Counted from the first letter of the stretch, positions 1-7,795 are shown. The stretch is 9,950 bases of DNA from Octopus sinensis (GCF_006345805.1 NW_021827651.1:1-9950), one strand, 5' to 3'. Numbers and translations: made by a program. The notes: generated by a model not told the origin, from the letters alone.

Positions 1-154
1 AAAATAATACAAAAAAAAACCCAACTAACTAATAACACCAGAGTCGTCACTTCAAATTTCTGAAATGAAACCAAAAGAGAAAACAATACTCATTTCTTCT
101 CCTTGAGTATTTACGCGCAAGAAATATGTAACTTCAAATAATTAGTTTGAGAAA

Positions 155-310
155 GCCGTAGGTGTGGCTACGTTGTTTAAGAAGTACTCTTTGCAGCCAC
201 GTGCTTTCGGGTTCAGTCCCACAGCACGGCACCTTCTACTATGACCTCGGTTCATTGCTTGCCCTGTGGGTGGATTTCGAAGGCGGAAACTATGCGGAAG
301 CCAATCATAT
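155..310 (+). mobile_element. tRNA-derived SINE head/body (family A), diverged, with internal deletion
   Basis: A-box-like GTGGCT..GTTGTTTAAG, B-box-like CGGGTTCAGTCCC, then ..GTGGATTT..GCGGAAACT..GAAGCC. Aligns by eye with the reverse complement of 2951-3097 and 2708-2769. Confidence 0.75.
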
Positions 311-489
311 ATTGCATACCAAAACCAAAAACATAAGACTGGAAACGTTAGCAAAAGTTTTCCATTCTTCTGGTTTGGTACATCTATACGCACGTACAAA
401 CGCGTATATACCCCGTACAAACTTGCATAGAAACTTACGGAATCCCGAATATTCGGACAAATTTATGTCTGGTTATTCCTTTAGTAAAT

Positions 490-602
490 GTGTGTCAGGT
501 GTAATTTTGTGTGTGCATGTCTGTATATTTATATGTATGTGTACATTTTTGCATCTGTTTGTCTGTCTTTGTCTATTTGTCAATCAATCTGTCTGTCTGT
601 AT
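490..602 (+). repeat. degenerate TG/TGTA/TGTC simple repeat
   Basis: Runs such as gtgtgtgcatgtctgtat, atgtatgtgtac, tgtctgtct. Confidence 0.7.
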
Positions 603-615
603 CTAATTGTGAATA

Positions 616-1224
616 TACGTACATACATACATACAAATATACATACATACATACATGCATACATACATACATGCATACATGCATACATACATACACACAT
701 TCATACATACACACATACATACATAAATACAGACAGACATACACACACATACATACATGCATACATACATCCATCCATCCATACATACATACATACATAC
801 ATCCATCCATCCATCCATACATACATACATAATTCATACACACACACATATATATATACATACATACATACATAACATACATACATACATGCATACATAT
901 ATACATAAATACATACAAACATACATACATACAAACATACAAACATACATACATACTAACATACATACTAACATACATACATACATACATACATACATAC
1001 ATACATACATAGTACATACATACATACATGCATACATACATACGTACATACATACATACATACGTACGTACATACATACATACATACATACATACATACA
1101 TAAATGCATACATACATACATACGTACGTACGTACATACATACATACATACATACATACATGCATACATACATACTTACATACATACATACATGCATACA
1201 TACATACATACATACATACATACA

Positions 1225-1258
<34 letters not shown>

Positions 1259-1280
1259 CATGCATACATACATACATATA
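616..1280 (+). repeat. (TACA)n tetranucleotide microsatellite, about 660 bp, with TGCA, TCCA, TACG, AACA and TA variants
   Basis: Directly visible. It generates the overlapping HTYI/MYVC ORFs. Confidence 0.98.
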
Positions 1281-1419
1281 GCTGGCCGAAACTTCGAAGT
1301 CACTGTTAACAACATTCTTGTTTAAAAATAATAAATTTGTTCTCTACAAAAGTATGCTGCAACCCATCGATAATGTGAAACTGTTTTTACTTTACCTAAC
1401 ATTAAAACAAACATTAACA

Positions 1420-1454
1420 TATATAGATATATATATATATATATATATATTCTG

Positions 1455-1493
<39 letters not shown>

Positions 1494-1584
1494 CACAAAA
1501 GTAAATACAAATATATATATATAAAGGTATATATGCTCATACATATATATGTATGTATGTATATATATATGTAAATATTATATA

Positions 1585-1628
<44 letters not shown>

Positions 1629-1700
1629 ATATATAATACAATGTATCTATATATATATACACATATATATAAATGTATATGTATGTATTATGTGCAGTAT
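1420..1700. repeat. interrupted (TA)n / TGTA microsatellite cluster
   Basis: Directly visible TA runs at about 1420-1490, 1510-1525 and 1545-1680. Confidence 0.95.
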
Positions 1701-2232
1701 ATACTTATTATGTAATCATGTGTATGCATATACAATTTCCAAACATAACGCAGATACGGTATACAACAATATTTTCATTGCGTGTGACTCATGTTTGTCT
1801 TTTGATTAATATACAGCTCAATTTTTCGCCCTAATGTTTACACTGGATCTAGAAAGCGTATTACATCGCCTAAGTACCCCGAAATACCTCATTTAATGAC
1901 AAAGACATCACTTCAGACATTTTTATAAACCTCTGAACAATTCCTTACCGTGTTTAAAAGTTTGTATTAGGCCCTGCGCATGCGTAAAATATCGTTTGTT
2001 TAAGGCAGTGCATGCGTTTTTGCCCCACTCACTTTCTCCCTTGTGTAATAGAGGGAGAATTCGTGAAGGGTTCTGTGCTTAAACGGTTATATTATAAGAG
2101 GTTAATTGTATCAGAGTATGTTAGGCTGTATTTAGAGCTTGCTGCTAATTATGGTCTGTGACATTGTAGGAGGTTGTAATCTATTATAACGGTATCATTA
2201 CTGTATGCACGCGCGTGTATACTTATGTATTC

Positions 2233-2373
2233 ACACACACACACAAACACACACACACACACACACACTCACACACATATATAAAGACATACGCTCATAC
2301 ATACATGCACGTATGCATACATACACACACACACATATATATATATATCACACCACACACACACACCACACAC

Positions 2374-2413
<40 letters not shown>
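2233..2413. repeat. compound (CA)n/(TACA)n/(TA)n microsatellite
   Basis: Directly visible. Confidence 0.95.
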
Positions 2414-2416
<3 letters not shown>

Positions 2417-2769
2417 TTTACTCTTTTACATGTTTCAGGCATTTGACTGGGCCATGGTGGAGCTCCGCCTTTATCGAGCAACTCGACCCGGGACTTATTC
2501 TTTTTGTAAGCCCAGTACTTATTCTATCGGTCTCTTTTGCCGAACCGCTAAGTAACGGGGACATAAGCACACCAGCATCGGTTGTCAAGCAATGCTAGGG
2601 GGACAAACACAGACACACAACACACACACGCATATATATATATAATAGTATATATATATATATTATATATATATATATATAATATATATATATATATATA
2701 CATATATACGACGGGCTTCTTTCAGTTTCCGTCTACCAAATCCACTCACAAGGCTTTGGTCGGCCCGAA
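2414..2769 (-). mobile_element. composite SINE: 3' module B (2414-2620), internal (CA)/(TA) microsatellite (2621-2707), 5'-truncated module A (2708-2769)
   Basis: Module B recurs at 3659-3875 and its tail recurs at 5709-5780. Minus-strand 3' end reads GGCGGAGCTCCACCATGGCCCAGTCAAATGCCTGAAACATGTAAAAGAGTAAAAGA. The module A segment matches 2951-3009. Confidence 0.75.
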
Positions 2770-2783
2770 TATACACACCCACA

Positions 2784-2940
2784 TGTGGAGGCACATGGCC
2801 TAGTGGTTAGAGCAGCGGATTCACGATCTAGGGATCGTGGGTTCGAATCTCAGACCGGGCGATGTGTGTGTTTATGAGCGAAGCACCTACGCGGTTCCGG
2901 CAGAAGGTAATGGCGAACTTCTGCTGACTCTTTCGCCACA
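2784..2940 (+). mobile_element. tRNA-derived SINE (family C), 3'-truncated
   Basis: A box TGGCCTAGTGG (2796-2806) and B box GGTTCGAATCT (2840-2850) at tRNA-like spacing. No closed acceptor stem; a non-tRNA body follows. Confidence 0.8.
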
Positions 2941-2950
2941 TATATATACG

Positions 2951-3097
2951 CGACGGGCTTCTTTCAGTTTCCGTCTACCAAATCCACTCGCAAACTTTGG
3001 TCAGCCTGCGGCAATAGTAGAAGACACTTGCCCAAGGTGTCACGCAGTGGAACTGAACCCGGAACCTTGTGGTTGGAAAGCAAGCTTCTTACCACGC
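2951..3097 (-). mobile_element. tRNA-derived SINE family A, nearly complete head and body
   Basis: Minus strand reads GCGTGGTAAGAAGCTTGCTTTCCAACCACAAGGTTCCGGGTTCAGTTCCACTGCGTGACACCTTGGGCAAGTGTCTTCTACT...GTAGACGGAAACTGAAAGAAGCCCGTCG. Homologous copies at 155, 2708 and 4243. Confidence 0.85.
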
Positions 3098-3155
3098 AAG
3101 AAACAAAACTAACACTAAGACGGAAGATAAAAGTATATTTTTGTATACTTCCACT

Positions 3156-3430
3156 CTATTTAGATTTGAAGATTTTATTCTCCATTTTTTTCTTCACTGC
3201 AAATTTTTGATCAGGTCCTCAAACTCGGTCTCACGTAACACATCTGCTTCTATACTTAGTAGAGATAAGGTATCCAGCCTCCCAAGTTGCATAGTCGTTC
3301 TGATGGGATTTTTAGTATATTTCAACTAAGAGAACGAACGCTCGGCTGAGCAGTTTGTGACCATCGATGGTAAAATTATACGAAAGGCAATATCAACATT
3401 TGGAAAGGCAGACTCAATAATATTTATTTT
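3156..3430 (-). pseudogene. hAT-family transposase C-terminal dimerisation domain remnant (ZMYM1-like/Tip100 type)
   Basis: Translation KINIIESAFPNVDIAFRIILPSMVTNCSAERSFS*LKYTKNPIRTTMQLGRLDTLSLLSIEADVLRETEFEDLIKN, then an apparent frameshift. Fits the hAT motif FPN..ALRI.L...T.CSAERSFS.LK..K..LR.TM.Q.RL..L..LSIE. In-frame TAG at 3326-3328. Confidence 0.88.
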
Positions 3431-3487
3431 AGCAAGTTGAAAGTGATTTCTTTTGTGCCGTAAGTCATTTACCATTTCTGTGGTACC

Positions 3488-3513
3488 CCACCACCACCAC
3501 CACCACCACCACC
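3488..3513. repeat. (CCA)n microsatellite within the hAT subterminal region
   Basis: Directly visible. It causes the poly-Trp run in ORF 3326..3535. Confidence 0.95.
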
Positions 3514-3658
3514 TTTCCTTTGATGCCCTTAGCACGTGCCTGTTTTGCTTAATGGTTAATCCAGCGCTCCTTGTGCCTATAGCAGAGAAATCATTTTAGC
3601 GATTTGATTACAAGACAAACCATGTTCCACACACAAGCATCAACTTCCGTCTTTTATC

Positions 3659-3875
3659 GTTTTGCTTGCTTCAAGTCACAAGACTGCGGCCATGCTGGGG
3701 CACACTGACTCGAAGAATTTTTAGTCGAATGAATCGACCCTTAGTACTTCATTTTGTTAAGCCCGGTACGTATTCTATTGAACGCCTTTGTAGAATTGCT
3801 AAGCTACGGGGACGTAAACACACCAACACCGGCAGTCAAGCGGTGGTGGGAGATAAACACAAACACAATGACATA
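3659..3875 (-). mobile_element. SINE 3' module B, diverged copy
   Basis: GACTGCGGCCATGCTGG..TAGTCGA..ATCGACCC..GTAC.TATTCTAT..GCTAAG.TACGGGGACGTAAACACACCA is collinear with 2414-2620. Confidence 0.8.
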
Positions 3876-3951
3876 CACACATATATATATATTTTATATT
3901 ATTTAACACACACACATTGTGTAAATATATATATATATATATAATATATAT

Positions 3952-3983
<32 letters not shown>

Positions 3984-3988
3984 TATAC
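3871..3988. repeat. compound (TA)n/(CA)n microsatellite
   Basis: Directly visible. Confidence 0.93.
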
Positions 3989-4242
3989 GTTCTCGCTTAC
4001 GGTCTGGCGTTTGCTAAAATTTTCTTGAGAACATTCCTTTCTTAGTGGTAAGACCATAGCAGATCTACTTCTAGCATATAGATGTCCACGAAGTGGTCAT
4101 CCCTCTTATATGTATGTAATATAATTTTTCTGTATATTCAGATTTTAATATGCTAGACCATTGGTTTTAAATTGATATTAATTAAATTAATATTCAATTT
4201 TTCACCCTTGTTATTTTAAATTTTAATTGAAATATATATATA

Positions 4243-4341
4243 AGTCATAAGGCTTTGGTGTGTTCGAGGTTTTAGTAGAGACTGAACTCTGAACCATGTG
4301 GTTGGGAAGCAAGCATCTTACCATCCAACCACGTCTGCGCC
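4243..4341 (-). mobile_element. SINE family A head with internal deletion
   Basis: Minus strand reads GGCGCAGACGTGGTTGGATGGTAAGATGCTTGCTTCCCAACCACATGGTTCAGAGTTCAGTCTCTACTAAAACCTCGAACACACCAAAGCCTTATGACTT, matching 2951-3097. Confidence 0.8.
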
Positions 4342-4615
4342 CGTATTTAGTTCTCTTTCATTAATAAAAATTTTAGTCTGTTATAAAGTGTCAAAATGTT
4401 TCGTCGCTTTTATTCAAAGTGTTGGTTAATCCCAAATTAGATAAATTGCAGTCGTGCCAGAAAATAGGCAGCAAAAGTACAGCAAATTCGTTTTCAAAGA
4501 AATAACAGGGACCGCAATTATGAAAAGTAAAAAAAAAAATATAAAAAGAGCATAAATTTAACATGTTTTGAATGTTATTAAATAGATAAAAACAAGTCTT
4601 CCATAACGACATAAC

Positions 4616-4679
4616 TGTGTGTGTGCGTGCATGCGCGCATCTGTCCGAGCATATATGCATATAAACGTATACATATTAC

Positions 4680-4718
<39 letters not shown>

Positions 4719-4777
4719 TATATATACTACACACACACATGCACACCTACAATACATATATACATACATTACGTATG

Positions 4778-4813
<36 letters not shown>

Positions 4814-5155
4814 CACACATATATTACATATGTATATATGTAATATATATCATATATATCATATATATGTACGTACGTATATATATTTATATATATATAC
4901 ATATATATACATACACAAACTACATTTATATATTCATATATATATATATACATACATACGTATATGTATGTATGTATGTATTGTAGGTGTGCATGTGTGT
5001 GTGTAGGCATATATATATAGGCATATATATATATATATATATATATGTATATGTATATATATGTATATATATATATGTATATATATGTGTGTGTATGTCT
5101 ATGCATATATATATGTATGTGTGTGTTTGTGTATGTATGTGTGGGTGTGTGTGTA
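4616..5155. repeat. large compound TG/TA/CA/TACA/TGTA microsatellite
   Basis: Directly visible. Confidence 0.95.
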
Positions 5156-5236
5156 AGAGTGCGAAGAAGGATGCTTAGTGTGTACGCGTTGATCTTACTT
5201 TCTATTCAAACGAATGAAATTTATTATTCATCACTG

Positions 5237-5278
5237 AATAATTCACTGTATAATTAATTAATTATTCAGTGAATTATT
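5237..5278. repeat. near-perfect 42-bp palindrome
   Basis: AATAATTCACTGTATAATTAA|TTAATTATTCAGTGAATTATT: 21-bp arms, no spacer, one mismatch (5249/5266). Confidence 0.9.
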
Positions 5279-5349
5279 TTCAATGAGCACACAGGCATCC
5301 CCCCACACACTTCTCCATTTTACTATACACTTCTATTGTTATCAGGAGT

Positions 5350-5364
5350 CAGCAGGGGGCGCTG
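5350..5364 (+). promoter_or_regulatory. candidate CTCF-binding motif
   Basis: CAGCAGGGGGCGCTG matches the core CCASYAGRKGGCRS/CCAGCAGGGGGCGCT apart from the first C. Motif match only; binding is not shown. Confidence 0.5.
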
Positions 5365-5708
5365 CAATTAGTCTGATAAGATCGATTGCATATGGATTCA
5401 AAATAATAAACTATTTCAGTTTGTCGTTGGACTGATGATGGCGGTGGCGTCGGCTTCCAGACAGTTGGATACGAAATGGTTCAATAGGTAATCTATTGGA
5501 CGACTAATATATGGATCAGAGTTCAAATCCAGTCGAGCTTATGTTATTAATTTTGTTGTTGTTGTTGCTGATTGACTCAAGGTGAAACCAGATTGATTTG
5601 ACGTATTATCGCAGATAATTCTGTGGTGAACATGACATGATTTTTGAAAGATTTTTCAGTCTTCGTTATTCACTACATTTACTCTAGTTTTAGACATTTG
5701 AGAGAGTT

Positions 5709-5780
5709 TTAGCGGTGCTCCAGCATGGCCACAGTCAAATGAATGAAACAAGTAAAAGTAAAAATAAAAAAATAAAAGAA
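5709..5780 (+). mobile_element. isolated SINE/LINE-type 3' tail (module B end)
   Basis: GCGGTGCTCCAGCATGGCCACAGTCAAATGAATGAAACAAGTAAAAGTAAAAATAAAA matches the minus-strand tails at 2414-2470 and 3659-3705 and ends in an A-rich run. Confidence 0.8.
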
Positions 5781-5786
5781 GTATAC

Positions 5787-6164
5787 CAGTGCATCCCAAC
5801 CTTTTTTCCTCCAGGAGTCTCTTTTACTTCCCAGAAAAATGTATACTCCTCCGGTGGTTAGAAAAAACAACAACATTATTTTAGATATTTCATAATTGTA
5901 TGCTCTCCTTAAAGAATTAATCACACTAGGGCATTAGAACAGCACTATACTGTAGCAAACAGTCTTCACACAGAATGCTTGGCTGGAAGGATTGGTTTGG
6001 CTCGGCTGAGTATCGGTGCAGTATGCTCGCTGTAAAAAAATAAGATTTTCACAATTCCACGTCCCGATAAGAAAATAAAAAGAAAACAAATCTAGATCTC
6101 ACGCCCGACTATAATTTTACCAGGCCCCACCGTTGGGGCGTATGTCCCACGTTGAGGATCTCTG
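5787..6164. mobile_element. probable old hAT/Charlie-type MITE (378 bp)
   Basis: Left end CAGTGCATCCCAACCTTTTTT; right end reverse complement CAGAGATCCTCAACGTGG (9/14 identity between ends, both like CAGTGGTTCYCAAC). The 8-bp flanks AAGTATAC and ATTTATGC match at 5/8 with a central TA. Confidence 0.5.
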
Positions 6165-6358
6165 ATTTATGCCCTCAAAACTTTCAATTTCATTCTGCTG
6201 CGAAAAATAAGATTTTCACAATTCCATGTCCCGATAAGAAAATAAAAAGAAAACAAACCTAGATCTCACGCCCGACTGTAATTTTACCAGGCCCCACCGC
6301 TGGGGCATATATCCTACGTTGAGGATCTCTGATTTATGCCCTAAAAACTTTCAATTTC
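6029..6358 (+). repeat. tandem direct duplication, period 167 bp (6029-6191 and 6197-6358)
   Basis: Hand alignment gives 8 substitutions over about 155 bp of core (about 95% identity). Confidence 0.95.
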
Positions 6359-6604
6359 GTTCATCATACAATATTATAATAACGATATTTTCTTAAATGA
6401 AGATTCATTTAATGGCAGCTGACGAACACGTTATGAATAGGTATGAGAACGTTTTAGGGATTTACTGAATTAATACTAATTTCATAGAACATAGGAGTGG
6501 ATTTTAAGTTGGAATTTTTGAAGGGATCTAAGTAAATGCTGTAAGGCATACTGTACCGTTACCCATCAATTCTATCACTTCATCCTATAACAATATCAAT
6601 GAAA

Positions 6605-6735
6605 ATGATTATGACGACGACGACGATGATGATGATGCAGAGGGGGGAAAAGGGCAAGAAGGAGGATGAGGATGGAGACGATAATGTAAACGATGACGGC
6701 GGCGGCGGCGATGGTGGTGGTGGTGGTGGTGGTGG

Positions 6736-6788
<53 letters not shown>

Positions 6789-6950
6789 GCGACGATGCCG
6801 ATGATGGCGACGATGCCGATGATGATGATGATGATTATGACGACGACGACAACGATGATGATGATAGCAGCGATGACGAGGACGACAACGACAACGTCGA
6901 TGACGATGACGATGATAATGCTGATGATTGTCATCCTCATCGTCATCATT
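6605..6950. repeat. compound trinucleotide microsatellite (GAT/GAC/GGT/GGC)n
   Basis: Directly visible. Pure (GAT)n at about 6736-6786 and (GGT)n at 6714-6736. Confidence 0.97.
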
Positions 6951-7123
6951 ATAAACAAAAAAAAAAAAGAACGAGAAAACAGCAGCCCTGCCAATCCAGA
7001 CAGCCATTAATCTTCACTAGGATCTGATTGCTGAATAGTTTTGGCAGTTCTAATTCCAACACAAGTGGTTTTGTCTAATGAAAGAAAGATGAGAGGACAA
7101 AACTCAGACGATAGCACTGCGAA

Positions 7124-7312
7124 GTGGTGGTGGTGGTGATGGTGATATTGACGGTAGCGTAAGGGGGTGGTGTTGGTGGCGATACTTGTAGTGAGTGGGG
7201 TGGTGGTGATGGCGCTTGTAGCAATGGTAGTAGCGATTGTTGTGGTGGTGTGGGCGGCGGTGGCTGTGGTGATTGGTGGCGGTGGTAGTAGTGATAGTGT
7301 TGATGTAGTTTG
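7124..7312. repeat. degenerate (GGT/GTA/GTT)n trinucleotide tract
   Basis: Directly visible period-3 G/T-rich tract. Confidence 0.85.
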
Positions 7313-7684
7313 GGGATGTCTGATAAACTGGCTGGATACAAGTAGTTCAAACTGAAGTCACTGTCATCTTCTGGAATGATAAGAGAGACATCGAATCAAT
7401 TTTTCAAGATGTTCTGCTTATATCTATCTCATACTTTTGCATCTTTTTGTCAAGGTCTACCAATCTATATGACACCCTTTAACCTCTGGCTCCCTACCCA
7501 ACCCTATAAATACACAAAAAAAATATCAAAGTGTATATTTCTCTAGAAATGTACTCTAACACTCGTGTCAAACTAGCCAAAATATTCTTTATTAAGAATA
7601 AAGGAAATAAACATATAAATCTATGTGAATGTCTACTATATTTATACACACGTATATTTGGGAGAAGGGAGCCGTTATTTAAAA

Positions 7685-7795
7685 TAAAACCAGTATTGTA
7701 TTGACATTCTTTTTTTATCGGTGAAACAAAGACGAAAGGTAAATTCGATCCCAAAAGAATTAGAACTCAGAAACATAAAAGAAAGTAATCAAGGC
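7685..7795 (-). mobile_element. highly diverged tRNA-derived SINE (family D), old copy
   Basis: TTTATCGG..AAAGACGAAAGGTAAATTCGATCCCAAAAGAATTAGAACTCAG is collinear with TTTTGTCGATCCCGAAAGGATGGAAGGCAAAGTCGACCTCGGCGGAATTGGAAC at 7858-7912. Confidence 0.55.

Larger units (their letters stand above)
3100..3568 (-). mobile_element. internally deleted non-autonomous hAT (Tip100-like) DNA transposon; one terminus at about 3568
   Basis: Minus-strand start GAGCGCTGGATTAACCATTAAGCAAAACAGGCACGTGCTAAGGGC resembles CAG(G/C)GC(C/T)GGATT-type hAT-Tip100 ends (from recall) and lies about 140 bp from the transposase remnant. The partner TIR was not found. Confidence 0.6.

Noticed and set aside
445-456. 12-bp palindrome CCGAATATTCGG (and ACTTCGAAGT near 1291)
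   Set aside because: Short enough to arise by chance in 10 kb, with no supporting context.
162-1325. Many overlapping ORFs up to 237 aa (HTYI/MYVC repeats)
   Set aside because: These are translations of the (TACA)n microsatellite and a SINE, with no domain content.
2784-2860. Possible tRNA gene
   Set aside because: A and B boxes are present, but the acceptor and T stems do not close and a SINE body follows.
2890-2930. Complete HDV-like ribozyme
   Set aside because: Only a J4/2-like string and one stem are present; there is no room for P3, P1' and P1.1 between the stem strands.
4030-4110. Possible additional repeat fragment
   Set aside because: No second copy in the window and no family I can recognise with confidence.
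4391-4660. 89-aa minus-strand ORF as a host exon
   Set aside because: It starts in a microsatellite, has no recognisable domain and no convincing splice sites.
6124-6160. GC hairpin as a Helitron 3' terminus
   Set aside because: No CTRR at the expected distance downstream; a hAT-type TIR explains the end better.
6596-7355. Poly-Asp, poly-His, poly-Ile and poly-Val ORFs as real proteins
   Set aside because: Trinucleotide repeats are open in several frames on both strands by construction, and there is no flanking coding signal.
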